A DNA stretch of 64,000 bases from an uncultured Methanosarcinaceae archaeon (GCA_963733675.1 CAVTET010000004.1:750082-814081); one strand, 5' to 3'; shown: positions 1 through 12,320, counted from the stretch's first letter. The notes: generated by a model from the letters alone, not told the origin. Numbers and translations are program-made.

Positions 1-1
1 A

Positions 2-247
2 AGCGCAATCGCGACTGATCCACCATATGGAAGATCTGCAGCAATTCTTGCCGAATCTTTAGAGGATCTTTATTCCTGTGCTCTTGAGGATATTCAACGT
101 GTCCTGAAGCCAGGAGGTATTGCAGTTGTAGTCTCTGACAAGGACGCATCTGAATACGGAAAACAGATCGGACTTGAGGTCCTTGGAATCTATTTCCAGA
201 GAGTCCACAAAAGCCTTACTCGTAGAGTAACTATTTTTCAAAAATAG
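2..247 (+). CDS. 3' end of tRNA (guanine(10)-N2)-methyltransferase (Trm11/TrmG10 family), partial at window edge
   Basis: Frame 2 reads SAIATDPPYGRS...RVLKPGG...QRVHKSLTRRVTIFQK* (TAG 245-247). The DPPY motif and RVHKSLTR C-terminus are typical of archaeal Trm11. Confidence 0.8.
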   Translation, partial: SAIATDPPYGRSAAILAESLEDLYSCALEDIQRVLKPGGIAVVVSDKDASEYGKQIGLEVLGIYFQRVHKSLTRRVTIFQK

Positions 248-294
248 ATGCATATTAGATATGAAATATGAAAAATGCTATTTAAGGACATTTC

Positions 295-1104
295 TTATTC
301 ATGGGAAATCAGTTCATCTAGCACCTCAGCCATAACTCTATGTCTGAGAATAAGTTTCTTGTTTTGCAAACCAGCTCTTCTGATAGAATAATTATCTTCG
401 ATCCAATTTATTTTTTTTTCATAATTTATTTTCATCAGGGTTAGACCACAGGCAGGAGCTGGTTCAATTCCTTCTTCATAGATATCAGGATTTAGCATCT
501 GGAGCAGCCAGTCATTATCATGTAAACCTTTTCCGATCATTGAAAGCGCAGTTACTATTTTTCTGACCATATTCCAAAGGAAACTATTCCCAACAATATC
601 TATTTTTGTAACATCCCCGTCTACGCGGGCATCAATCCTTAACAAGGTTCGAATTGTACTCTTTTCTCCACTGATTCTTGAAAAGTTCTCAAAATCATGC
701 CTTCCGATCAGCAATTTTGAAGCCTCACGGATCCTTGAAATATTGTATCCTTCCCCGCTAATTATATAGCGATAGTGTCTTGAAATCGCGTCTCTTCTAG
801 CATCAAAGTGGCTAGGTACCTCCGCGTGAGCCCAGGCCCAGATGGTTGGGGGAAGTTCGGAGTTTATGACCCTGGGAATTGCTAGATTTGTTTTGTCAGT
901 ATCAAAAGCTATGATCTGTTCGAAGGCATTAACTCCTGCATCTGTCCTGCCGGCGCAGGTATAATTAGCAGATTTGGGACTTTCTATGATCTCTAGATTA
1001 CGAAGTGCTTTGAAGAGCTCTCCTTCCACTGTCACGACATTGGGCTGGATCTGGGAGCCGTGAAATTCGGTGCCTATGTATGCAAGCTTTAAAGCGACCC
1101 TCAT
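295..1104 (-). CDS. truA: tRNA pseudouridine(38-40) synthase
   Basis: AYIGTEFHGSQIQP, AGRTDAGV, HDFENF, FLWNMVRKIV motifs. Confidence 0.95.
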   Translation of the reverse strand: MRVALKLAYIGTEFHGSQIQPNVVTVEGELFKALRNLEIIESPKSANYTCAGRTDAGVNAFEQIIAFDTDKTNLAIPRVINSELPPTIWAWAHAEVPSHFDARRDAISRHYRYIISGEGYNISRIREASKLLIGRHDFENFSRISGEKSTIRTLLRIDARVDGDVTKIDIVGNSFLWNMVRKIVTALSMIGKGLHDNDWLLQMLNPDIYEEGIEPAPACGLTLMKINYEKKINWIEDNYSIRRAGLQNKKLILRHRVMAEVLDELISHE

Positions 1105-1589
1105 ACCAATCTCCGATTACTTGGCTTTTTCTTATTTAATAGATTTCTCTTACAATCATAAAGAATACTATATAAATACATCCAAAAAGGAACCGGACTG
1201 CAGGATGAAGAGATAGAGCATCATGAATCCAGCAATCCCTACGGATGAGCAAGTCCTTTAGGAGAGACAGGAACTGCGGAGTAAGGGAGTTACATTGGAA
1301 CTGTTTATGATGGCACAACTTCTGAGTAATCAAAAACTATGTTAAAAAATCGGCAAACCAGGAAGGAAAAAAGCATACGGGCGAATTTAAATATTTGATT
1401 TTGAATAATTCCTTTCGATCCAGAGAAGTACCACGAACATACCCCATTGTCTGCAACTGGGTGTGCAACCACAACCTTGATTTATTATGGTTTAATATAT
1501 GCACACTGTTATATATTTATGTAAAATTCAACCTTAATCTTAAATATAACATTGTACATTCTAGTCTAAATTTTTCGCTGGTAACAATC

Positions 1590-2660
1590 ATGATCACAAA
1601 ACCGCAGGTTTTTGAATTTCTGAAACAATATGACTTAAAAAACATTACTATTGCAACAGTCTGTTCTCACTCAAGCCTTCAAATCTTTGACGGAGCGCGA
1701 AAAGAAGGATTCAGAACTCTGGGAATCTGCATTGGTAAACCACCTAAATTTTATGAAGCATTTCCAAAGGCAAAACCCGACGAGTACATTATCGTTGATA
1801 GTTATGAAGATATAATGAACAAGGCTGAAGAACTTAGAAAAAAGAACACTATTATAATTCCACACGGTTCATTTGTTGCTTACCTGGGCACGAAAAATTT
1901 TGCAGATATGGAAGTTCCTACTTTTGGAAACAGGGTTGTGCTAGAATGGGAATCTGATAGGGATAAAGAACGTGAGTGGTTGCTTGGAGCAGGCATTCAT
2001 ATGCCTGAAAAAATAGAAGATCCTAGTGTTATTAATGGGCCTGTGATGGTTAAGTACCACGGAGCCAAAGGAGGAAAGGGTTTTTTCGTTGCAAAAACCT
2101 ATAAAGAATTCAATGAACTCGTAGACAGAACCCAAAAGTTCACAATTCAGGAATTTATCACAGGGACACGTTATTACCTACATTACTTTTATTCCCCGAT
2201 CAGAAGTGAGGGATATACCTTAAGCAAAGGTGTCCTTGAGCTCCTGAGTATGGACCGTAGAGTAGAGTCTAATGCCGATGAAATCTTTAGACTCGGCTCA
2301 CCCAGAGAACTCATAGAAGCAGACATCCGCCCCACATATGTTGTCACAGGAAATGTACCCTTAGTAGCTAGAGAGTCCCTCTTGCCTCTTATATTTTCCC
2401 TTGGAGAAAGGGTAGTGGAAGAGTCTCTGGATCTTTTTGGCGGGATGATAGGGGCCTTCTGTCTTGAAACCGTTTTTACGGATTCTCTTGAAATCAAGGT
2501 TTTTGAAATTTCAGCTAGGATTGTGGCTGGGACAAACCTTTATATTTCAGGCTCTCCTTATGCAGACCTGATGCAAGAAAGCCTTTCAACCGGAAGGAGA
2601 ATAGCTCAAGAAATCAAAATTGCAGTCCAGACAAACCAGCTGGATAAGATAATATCCTAA
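1590..2660 (+). CDS. purP: Formate--phosphoribosylaminoimidazolecarboxamide ligase (ATP-grasp)
   Basis: ATVCSHSSLQIFDGARKEGF, IPHGSFVAY, AKGGKGFF, FEISARIVAGTN. Start set at ATG 1590 (MITKPQV) rather than the ORF-track TTG. Confidence 0.92.
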   Translation: MITKPQVFEFLKQYDLKNITIATVCSHSSLQIFDGARKEGFRTLGICIGKPPKFYEAFPKAKPDEYIIVDSYEDIMNKAEELRKKNTIIIPHGSFVAYLGTKNFADMEVPTFGNRVVLEWESDRDKEREWLLGAGIHMPEKIEDPSVINGPVMVKYHGAKGGKGFFVAKTYKEFNELVDRTQKFTIQEFITGTRYYLHYFYSPIRSEGYTLSKGVLELLSMDRRVESNADEIFRLGSPRELIEADIRPTYVVTGNVPLVARESLLPLIFSLGERVVEESLDLFGGMIGAFCLETVFTDSLEIKVFEISARIVAGTNLYISGSPYADLMQESLSTGRRIAQEIKIAVQTNQLDKIIS

Positions 2661-2782
2661 GTAAATGTATCTTAAACCAGTACTTATTAACTCATACTTG
2701 ATAATTTCGAAAGTAAATCTACTTTTTTTAGACTTATAAAAGTGATAGATAACACAAATATATATCCATTAGTAAATATATT

Positions 2783-3175
2783 TACGGCTGTGCCTTTGCG
2801 CCGAACGGTGAGCAAACTGCCCGCCGGATGATTCTCAGGACCATTAGTGAAGCCCGAAGATCTATGTGTAACAAAAGTATCTAGTCTACACGGAGGCAAA
2901 TAAAGCGCTGCAGTCGGCGCTCCCAAATATTCAGCACCTGACCATTCTGATTTCTGAGGGGAATATCAGTGATTTCCCCCAGTATGTTTCCACCGTCAAC
3001 AGTTCATCGCCCCCTGAAAAAAGCTGGCGGTAGCCAGATGTATGTGTTTATCCTTAGTCAGCCTGGTGCTTTTCATACATATGTTCATTCGAAACTGTTT
3101 ATTGTTGACGACCTGTTTGCTATCATAGGTTCCGCTAACTGTAACCGTAAAACCTGTATATGCCATTGTCATTGA
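2783..3175 (+). pseudogene. Phospholipase D-like fragment (C-terminal HKD repeat), frameshifted
   Basis: YVHSKLFIVDDLFAIIGSANCNRK is an HxKxxxxD...GSAN motif. Upstream frames give FAPNGEQTARRMILRTISEAR and ALQSALPNIQHLTILI. Locally GC-richer than the flanks. Confidence 0.7.
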
Positions 3176-4281
3176 TGAACCTATAATCAAGAACAAAACT
3201 AGAAGTTCAGTAAAAATCATTACTTTTTTCATTATATTTACATAATATTTTGTATCGGGATTTTTTTATCATTTTTATCTCCTTGTTTATTTAATAACTC
3301 ATCTGCAACTTTATTATCCAGATGCCCCATTTTTTATAACTAAACTTTGTAAAATATTAGAAAGATAATGTGTCTCCACTTTTGAACCCACTGCATCAAA
3401 ATTTCAAATGTGGCTAATTCCAAGAACTTTTGGTGACAACAAAAACGTTTTAATCTTTTCCCAACGTGGTGTAAGATAGCGACGGTATGAATTCTATAAA
3501 TAATATATAACTGTGTATATTATATAATTTTCCTCCATCCGTATGTAATTTTTTGGCCCATGTATAACCGACTTTCAGTAGTTGTTCTTATGATACTAAA
3601 GTGTCTATAGCCACTGTTTTGTGAAATTTGTCCAAACATTCGCGATTATTATTCAACTAAAACTTCGGAAATAGAAGTTAGAATCTTTCAAAAGAGCTAC
3701 AAGAGTAAAAAATGCAAGATATTCTCAAAAACAACGTTTGAATGAGTAGGCAGCTTCATAAAAAAAGCAATAGCAGAAAAAAATTGTGAAAATTAAAAGG
3801 ATATATGTTAAAAGTCAGTTAATGAATACAAATTTTTTTATAAAATTTATATATTATTTTCCAAATTTGACTTAAAATATCCTATAATTTATGCTGAAAC
3901 TGAGAAAATGCATAGGTTTTCATACAACAAAAACCTTCCTGAAGTAAATAAGATACTGTTGATTTGTGCATCATCAACAATAACTACTCCTTCAATTCAT
4001 GATGAAGCCTGATTTCCATTAATAGTTAATTCATTTAAATCTCGGAGCCATATATCATTTTCATTGAATATAACGTGTATTATATATTTATAAGTTAGGT
4101 CCCAATAATTTCTACTGCTTTATAATTTTAAATTCAAATTGTAATATTTACGATTAGATTGTGTATTTTAGCTTTGTGAAATTCAAATAAATTTAAAAAA
4201 CTTGGTATAAGAATATATTTTATGTGATAACTTATTTAAGACGAATTCTCGATGAGTTCACGATCTATCAAATGTATTAAA

Positions 4282-4500
4282 GCCAGTGTACCGAAAAATT
4301 CTGTAAATTCGGATCAACTCTGCACCCATTTTCTTCACCACAAAACAGAGTCTAAAGTCAATGAATAGGCTTACAGAACTATATTTTAATGCAGAGATTT
4401 TGCTATATAATCGATGCACCAATGTAACCGATAAATCCTTTTTTGTAATGAAAGAAAAGGATGCAGAACAGTCATTTTCATAGAACTTTCAATACATTAC
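4282..4500. mobile_element. MITE-like element, family A (TIR consensus GGCAGTGTAC(T/C)GAAAGTTCTGTAAA), both ends present
   Basis: Left end gccagtgtaccgaaaaattctgtaaa and right end tttcatagaactttcaatacattac, with imperfect complementarity extending ~60 bp. Solo ends at 11456, 28558, 37966, 48585, 50864, 51954, 62753. Confidence 0.7.
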
Positions 4501-4524
4501 TATTTATTTAGAATAGATAGCAAA

Positions 4525-4672
4525 AGAATTTATTGAATTTTGCTATTTTTTAATACTTTTTTGAATTTACGGGGCATCCGCAGGAGCAAAAAGTATATTC
4601 TCACACAGTGTAAAATAATTAAATTTACAGACACATAGCCAAAAATTCTGAGATTTCATTTTTGCAGTGGAA
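4525..4672. repeat. Dispersed repeat family B (…TTTACAGACACATAG…CATTTTTGCAGTGGAA), probable IS-end remnant
   Basis: Near-identical ~50-bp core at 4624-4672, 14443-14493 and 38233-38283. Upstream ~100 bp is also similar between the 4525 and 38130 copies. Confidence 0.7.
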
Positions 4673-4793
4673 CTTCAGCAGTTGAAACTCGAACCTGACA
4701 GAAGCATAAATCTTATAATGCATAAATGAGCTTCTATCAAATTCAGGCAAATTAGAGAAATTTACTTGTATTTCGCCTTCAAATATCGTTTTA

Positions 4794-5459
4794 TTAATGT
4801 CTTTCTAAAGCTTTCTGTCGCTTTATGAACCGGATTCCCATCTCAAAGGCTTTCTCACAGTCCTTAGGGAATACCTCGTCCCGCCTTTTAGCCTTCTCTT
4901 CTGGGTCAAAACGATTCGCGACATACTTTGAATAATCATCGAATTGGTAGGTATCGGTACTATATAATGATTCAGAATAGCCAAAAATTCTCGTTGCAAC
5001 TCCTTCATTTAATTCAATAACCTTATGAAGACCAAATACATCGAAATTTTCTTCCTTAGCACCAGTAGTGTATATGTAACCGATAGGGATATTTCCCGGA
5101 TATAACGATCGTGGATTCTCAGAATAAACGAGAAATGGGAATATATAGCGCTCCATGAAAGACCTCATCTCACCAGTAGAATTTCCAAGGTAGATGGGTG
5201 ATCCAAGTATCACTGCATCAGCATCTTTCAGCTTTTCCAGTACAGGTGTTAGTTCATCATTCATTGCGCATTTTCCATAGCTTTTTCCATCTTTTAGTTT
5301 ACAGGCAAAACAACTTATACATCCTTTGAAATTGAGATCATAAAGATGAATAATTTCTGTTTCTGCACCCTCTAAGGCTGCACCTTCAAGAGCTCTTTCT
5401 AAAAGAGTTGCTGTATTCCATTTCTTTCTCGGACTTCCATTTATTGCTATTGCTTTCAT
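4794..5459 (-). CDS. Flavodoxin family / iron-sulfur flavoprotein (NADPH-dependent FMN reductase family)
   Basis: INGSPRKKWNT, CISCFAC(x8)C cluster motif, ILGSPIY. Confidence 0.9.
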   Translation of the reverse strand: MKAIAINGSPRKKWNTATLLERALEGAALEGAETEIIHLYDLNFKGCISCFACKLKDGKSYGKCAMNDELTPVLEKLKDADAVILGSPIYLGNSTGEMRSFMERYIFPFLVYSENPRSLYPGNIPIGYIYTTGAKEENFDVFGLHKVIELNEGVATRIFGYSESLYSTDTYQFDDYSKYVANRFDPEEKAKRRDEVFPKDCEKAFEMGIRFIKRQKALERH

Positions 5460-6064
5460 AATTTACCTCATATTTCCTGTTTTCTTAGAATTTAGAGCTC
5501 GTCACAAAATTAAAGTTTCTGTGGCACTCTGATATAAAGAAATTATTCAAAATCAAATCTTTTCATTTGCAATACGTTTTAATATCTTCTGGGATTATCA
5601 AATTTTGCTATCAATTACACTAGCAATTGACCTTAATCAATCAAATAAAAATCAAAAAAAATAAAAGTTTCACCATTAAATGCTTAATCTTGTTGTTTTT
5701 CAGTTGAACTACATGAATACTATATAAATAGTTTCATAAATAAATAGTAATTCCTAACAAAGCAAAAAAATAATCTGAGAGCTTTTTTCATTACATCCAA
5801 TAACAGCATATTTTCAATTTGCGTTTCAAATTTTTCACCAAGATCCACTAAAACAAAGACTGAAGCAAGGTTGAATTTTTGCATCTAAATATTACTGATT
5901 TCTGATGAAAAACTTTGGAATCCGTTTTCATGCTTCATGTATGTGTCAATGACCCACAAGGATTTAGAAAGATTTTCGACAAAGCCAAAAACAAATATTG
6001 GAATGAATTCAAGGTATAGAGAAACGCATTAAGCTAATGGATCTTGATTACTCAATAGAAATTG

Positions 6065-7255
6065 TCACTTGCCGTGGAATTCATGGAAATAAAAATCTGA
6101 AAATTCAATATTTGTATGTGAACCTCCGGGATTGAATAGATCAAAGAATTCATTTTCTTGGCCATTAATGAGATCAGTAATTAACATCGCAGATCTTATG
6201 CCATGATCATGCCCCCAAAATCCAAATCCATCTGCTGCATAGATGCCTTCTTGAGATGTCATGCCTATAAGGGACAAACAATCTCCAGCAATGCTATCTT
6301 TATTAGACCACCGGTATCCAATAAACTTAACATTAAGGTGTTGGCACGCATAGTTTTCAAGCCGGCCATAGTAAACACTTTTGTCAGCTACTCGACTGGA
6401 CTATGTTTCCCAGCAACGATGATCAATTTACCCTTGTATTTAGGCGTGGTTCGGTAAGTGTGTAAAGGATTGCAGTCTATGAACATCCCATCCGGGAAAT
6501 TTCCTTTCGTGTATAACCCTAACACGTAGGATCTCGCAGAGTGCAAATGTTTGTTAAGTAGGTTGTGATCATATACTGGTGTATGTGTTACGAGTATGAT
6601 TTTATCGGCCATTATTGAGCCTTGGTCTGTAATTACTTCTTTGATTTTGCCATTATTAACGATGATGGCACTGATTTTCTCAAAGATATAACTACCTTCG
6701 CCAATTATATCTTCTGAAAGAGCCAGAAGACACTTACGGGGATGGAATTGGGCCCGATCCTCATATTTGATGGCTGGACCAGTTTTAAAGGGTAAAGGTA
6801 CATTTTCAGTATAAGAAACTAGAAGCCCAAATTTTTTTGTAGCTTCAAATTTACTCTTAATTTCATCAACTTTTTCATCAGACTTATTATAAATGTAACA
6901 CAGTCAATCTTCAGCTTTCTGATAATATCAGCTACCTTTTCAACTGCCTTAATGTTAAATTAGCAAAATATTGGATTTACCTAAATTTGAAATCAGTCTA
7001 TCTTAAATCATATTAGGTCCCATACTTATCTTAGCTGTGGTCCCAGATGTCACTCCTTTTACAATCAGATCTTCTTCTTACTGCTACAGTATGAACTGTC
7101 TCCTTTAACATTTCTGCAGCGGTTATACCAGCAATGCCACCTCCTAGTATCACACATCAACTTTTAACCGTTTGTCAAGTTTAGGGAACTTTTTATAAGG
7201 GGGTATTTCTAACCAGACTGAAACTCCCCCTCAATGACTTTTTTTTATTTTCCAT
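6065..7255 (-). pseudogene. FAD-dependent oxidoreductase (PuuB/OrdL, DAO family), multiple frameshifts and stops
   Basis: Fragments ILGGGIAGITAA (GxGxxG), QFHPRK, IILVTHTPVYD, RSYVLG, GFGFWG...AMLITDLINGQEN occur in different frames. Confidence 0.8.
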
Positions 7256-7334
7256 CCTCAAACCTAAATTGACTTGTGATCTCATATCGGGTAATAAATT
7301 AGATTGAATCTTCCTTTTTAGATCAAACAGGATT

Positions 7335-7900
7335 CAGATTTACCTCTAATTTTTTTTCTTCGCAGAATTACTGTCCAAATCTTTTCCGCTCATTTCTGTA
7401 ATTGACCAAATTTTTTTTGGATCCATCATCTTTGATTCAAAGATAGGTTTTTCTATCTTCAAACTAGTCTTCGTAGTTTCAACCTCATCAACTGATATCG
7501 AATCTAGACAAAAGCTGTACACAAAATCTTTAGATTTATTCTTTGAACAGTAGTGACAAAAATTTCTCCTGTTTTGAATATCTTTTTAGTTACAGAAACT
7601 AGTTTCTCTGGAGCTCTTTTTGAGCTAATATTCTTGTTTCCTAATATTATTCCCTATCCTCAGAAAATGTTCTTTTACTGCTCTTTTCATTGTTGCATCA
7701 TAACCTTTTGATTTTGCTCAAAAGTATCCCTTTCGTTCCTGTAAACAACTTCTTTTTTTCTGATAATTCCACCTAAGAATCATAGATGATATAGTCATTT
7801 TTTTGAATTTTCTGATCAGCTCATGATTCCTGTTTATGTATACTATGAAGTTTATATCCTAAGTGTGACTTATTACCATTTTTTTGTCCAGGTTTCATCT
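7335..7900 (-). mobile_element. IS5-family transposase remnant (3' part)
   Basis: Collinear with the 22046-22661 remnant (HELIRKF…VYRNERD…GYDATMKRAV…TTVQRINLK), with many stops. Shares terminal sequence gatttacctctaatttt. Confidence 0.75.
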
Positions 7901-8471
7901 ATATTTCTTTCTGTTTTGCTTCATTTTCTCGACGTTTATCCGCTTTTACATGTCAGGATTTGAATAGACGAAAGTAACATACTGAATATTCCCAGTTTAA
8001 TTTGCAAATCAAGGCAATCAAGTTGATTTTGAAACATTTCCCATATTTCTTCTTCTTTAACAGTTATCAATAATTTTTTTCAAAGTGATAAGACTGTGGT
8101 ACTGTCGATATGTATTCAGAAAAACAAAGAAATTTCTGAAAGAACTTAGATCAATAAATTGTTTTTCAAGTTCAAAGCCGGAAAGACCATCCTATTACTG
8201 TAAAAAAAGCATTTTAAAAATAACAATTACTTCAGTCTAAGGTCTACTTCAGAATACTATTTTGTTAAAATATTTGGACTCAAAAGTAATATGAAATGAT
8301 TTCAGAATAGACACTATAATTTCACAGAAAGAATTTATGTAGAAATCCACAATTAATACCTCAAATATCATTCTTTTTTTAGAATTTCTAAGCTCAAATG
8401 AAGTTTTTCAGAAAAAAAATTGAGCAGGATTTTAATCCTGCATGTTTTTTGAATCAATATTCAATTTAATT

Positions 8472-11122
8472 TTATTTTGCGTTACGGGAATCTATTGTAC
8501 TCTGAGCAGCTACAAGCCTTGCGATTGGAACTCTGTATGGAGAGCAGCTCACATAATTAAGGCCTATTTTGTGGGCGAAGTGGATGGATTTTGGCTCTCC
8601 ACCATGTTCTCCACATATTCCCATCTGGAGGTTGGGTTTGACGGAACGCCCTTTTTGAATTCCAATTTTCATCAACTCGCCAACGCCTTCCTGATCAAGG
8701 ACTTCAAAAGGATCGTGCTCAATGATACCTGCTTTCTGATAGATTGGCACGAATTTGGATACATCGTCACGGCTGAATCCGAATGTTGTTTGGGTCAGGT
8801 CGTTTGTTCCAAAAGAGAAGAAGTCGGCTTCCGATGCTATCTTATCTGCAGTAATTACGGCTCTAGGAAGTTCGATCATTGTCCCTACATGATAATCGAT
8901 CTTTATTCCTTTCTCACCCATGACCTTATCTGCCATCTTGCATACTTTATCCCTGGTCACTGAGAATTCCTTTGCAAGACTCACCAATGGGATCATAATT
9001 TCAGGAACAATTTGCAGCCCATTAGCTGCAAGTTCACAAGCTGCTTCCATAATTGCGCGTACCTGCATATCATATATTTCGGGATAGGTGATTCCAAGCC
9101 GCATCCCCTATGCCCGAGCATAGGGTTTAGTTCTTTAAGGGAAACCACACGCTGGATAATTTTCTTCACATCACCGATTTTCTGCCAATCTCCTGAGGCT
9201 TCAAGTTCCCTGAGCTTTGCGTCTAGTTCCTCCTTGTCCGGCAGAAATTCGTGTAAAGGTGGATCGAGCAGCCTAATAGTCACTGGAAAACCTTCCATAC
9301 TACGAAAGATTCCAAGGAAATCCGCCTTCTGCATCGGCAGCAGTTTATTGAGGGCCTCTTTTCTGGACATCTCATCTTCTGCCAGGATCATTTCCCTTAC
9401 TACAGGTATTCTGTCATCCCCGAAGAACATGTGTTCAGTTCTACAAAGTCCTATACCTTCTGCACCAAGTTCACGAGCAAGGCCTGCATCTGCCGGATTA
9501 TCGGCATTTGTTCTTACACCAAGAGTCCTGATTTCATCAGCCCATATGAGAAGCTTCTTCAAATCTTTATTAATTTCGGCATCAATCAGTTCTACCTTCC
9601 CAACAATTACACTTCCAGAACTCCCGTCAATGGTAATATATTCATGTTCTCTTATAGTGTGACTATTTACCATAAAAAGGCCGCTTTTTATATCAATTGA
9701 AATCGCTCCACAGCCCACAACACAGGGTTTGCCCATTCCTCTTCCAACAACTGCTGCATGAGAAGTCATCCCACCACGCACTGTAAGAAAACCCTGCGCA
9801 GCTGCCATCCCTCCTATATCCTCAGGGGAGGTTTCGGTACGTACGAGAATTGTTTTCTCTCCTAACTCGGACATTGCCTCTGCGGCTTCGGCAGTAAATA
9901 CAACTTTTCCTACAGCGGCTCCAGGAGATGCTGGAAGGCCCTTCGCAATTACTTCTAACTTTGCTTTGGGGTCAATCCTTGGGTGCAGGAGCAGGTCGAT
10001 ATGTTCAGCTTTTATTCTTGTGATCGCTGTTTCCTTATCTATAAGTCCTTCAGATACCATATCAGTCGCAATTTTCATTGCTGCAGCAGCTGTGCGTTTC
10101 CCAGTGCGGGTCTGCAGCATATAAAGTTTTCCTTCCTGAATGGTAAACTCTATGTCCTGCATATCTTTGAAGTGAGCTTCAAGCGTCTGACAGATATCCA
10201 CAAGCTGTTTGTAGGCCTCTGGAATTCTATTTTCAAGTGTATCAATAAAATCCGGAGTCCGAATGCCTGCGACCACATCTTCGCCCTGTGCATTGATTAA
10301 GTATTCTCCGAAGAACCTTTTCTCACCTGTTGATGGGTTCCTTGTAAAAGCAACTCCTGTGCCAGAATTATCCCCTCTGTTCCCATAGACCATCGTCTGT
10401 ACATTGACAGCAGTTCCCCAGCTCTCATCAATTCCATTAAGTTTCCTGTAAGTAATGGCTCTCGGATTATTCCAAGATTCAAAAACAGCATCAATTGCCA
10501 TATATAACTGAACTTTAGGATCCTGGGGAAATTCAAATCCCTTTTCGAGTTTGATTACCTCCTTGAACCTCTCAGCCAGTTCTTTCAACGATTTTGCATC
10601 AAGATCCGTATCTGACTCAACTCTCAGTTCCTTCTTCTTATCTGCAATAAGGGAATCAAACTTTTCAAAATCAAGGCCGAGCACTACATCCCCAAACATA
10701 GAGATAAATCTACGGTAGCAATCGTAAGCAAACCTTCCATCATTGACCTTATTTGCCAGCTCAATCACAGACTTGTCTGTGAGCCCAAGGTTAAGTACGG
10801 TATCCATCATCCCCGGCATAGATACCCTTGCTCCAGATCGTACTGAAACAAGCAATGGATCACCTGCATCCCCTAATTTTTTGTTGTTTAGGGTCTCAAG
10901 CTTATCGATAGCTTCTTCTATCTGTTGGAATGCTTCTTTAGGATAGTTTTTATATTTCAGATAGAGTACACAGACTTCAGTTGTAATTGTAAATCCAGGA
11001 GGCACGGGGACTCCGAGATTTGCCATCTCGGCGAGATTTGCACCCTTACCTCCAAGCAGGTCTTTCATGCTACTTTTGCCATCAGTTACATCTTTTCCAA
11101 AAAAATATACAAACTTGGACAA
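8472..11122 (-). pseudogene. ppdK: Pyruvate, phosphate dikinase, split by a 1-bp deletion near 9099
   Basis: LLGGKGANLAEM, SVRSGARVSMPGMMDT, GGMTSHAAVV (phospho-His), GIGLCRTEHMF. ELNPMLGHRGC|RLGITYPE is broken across frames (tgc-[c]gg-ctt). GTNDLTQ and GICGEHGG lie in the second ORF. TTG start with GGAGG RBS. Confidence 0.9.
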
Positions 11123-11865
11123 TGACTATCCTCCCTGGAACAAGGTCAGTAAACGGAGTTAATGTATTATCGGAAATAAAACACTCTTATTTGATTTCCG
11201 ATGCGCATATATTTAACTTTTCCTCTTTTTGTGTTACATCGGGAGTTATAGTATATTTCTCTGTTTATCTTCGTATCTTCACCACATATCAAGTAAGTCA
11301 TATGAAGAGAGTGGAGGAAGATGTAATGACCATATTAATAGAAACTTCGTTACTTGAGATAAAATAAACCAACATTAAATAAAAGGAGAAAGTAACGAAT
11401 GCTATACAACTGAATGCTATACAACTTACCAGAAAATTAAATCAGGATCTTCAGAGGCAGTGTACAGAAAGTTCTGTAAATTTTGATTGACTACGTACCT
11501 TTTTTCTTCACCACAAAAAACTGGATTTATCGTTTTTACTAATGATAGGTTTAAAAAAGTAAATCAAAAAAGATGTATAGAAAAGCACAGAGATTTGATT
11601 AACTAGGTTGCTAAAAATAGATCTATTATTTTAATTTATCAACTACGTTTCATAATCACAATGAAACATATTCAAATTAGCGCATGTTTCTATCTAAATA
11701 GTTTATCCAGTTTGGACTAAATCGTGTGCTATCACAAATACCCTAGGTCATCAAAATAATTTATGGATAATAATTTATGGATAATATCGGAATTGCTTTT
11801 TATGGGAATAGGATACCCAGCAAGCCGATTAATACACTGGTTTAACCATATATATAAAGCCAGGA

Positions 11866-12045
11866 TGTAAAGCCAAACAATACGAGGATTCCAAGATTTG
11901 CCATCTCGGCGAGGTTTGCACCCTTACCTCCAAGCAGTCTTTCATGCTACTTTGTCATCAGTTAGATACTTTCCAAAAAGTATCCGAACTTGAACAATGA
12001 CTATTCCCCATGAAAAGATGTCAGTAATCGGAATTAGTGTATTTA
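11866..12045 (-). repeat. Degenerate direct duplicate of the ppdK 5' end and leader (10988-11167)
   Basis: gatttgccatctcggcgaggtttgcacccttacctccaagcagtctttcatgctac… aligns with 11017-11170, with substitutions and small deletions. Confidence 0.9.
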
Positions 12046-12320
12046 TATAGTAAGAATTCAGTTTTATAATTCTCAACGATGCTTATAAAATATTTAAGCC
12101 TGTGATTAAATTACCTCACTTATTTTACTTTCTGGCTCGAGCTTTACTTAAAGTTTTGTATAATATAGGTCTTGCGATATCTTTATATATTATAATTGTA
12201 GAGTACATATGCTTTTCAGTCTACAATATATCTTCTTAAAAAAAGCTGGAAGTCTAAACCATCAAAAACCAAGATATTTTTGCCTGAGCTGGAAGCATCC
12301 TGTTAATTTTCATGGTTGAT

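Noticed and set aside
1115-1480. Possible membrane-protein gene upstream of truA
   Set aside because: Hydrophobic fragments in several frames with stops; no family could be assigned
1395-1589. 65-aa N-terminal extension of PurP in the ORF track
   Set aside because: AT-rich promoter-like DNA; family similarity starts at ATG 1590
9090-9110. Programmed frameshifting in ppdK
   Set aside because: No slippery heptamer or long homopolymer at the lesion, and PPDK is not known to be recoded
8442-10946. Long antisense ORFs over ppdK, and similar ones over asd, larC, ligase and copB
   Set aside because: Shadow ORFs of real genes on the opposite strand, with no motifs
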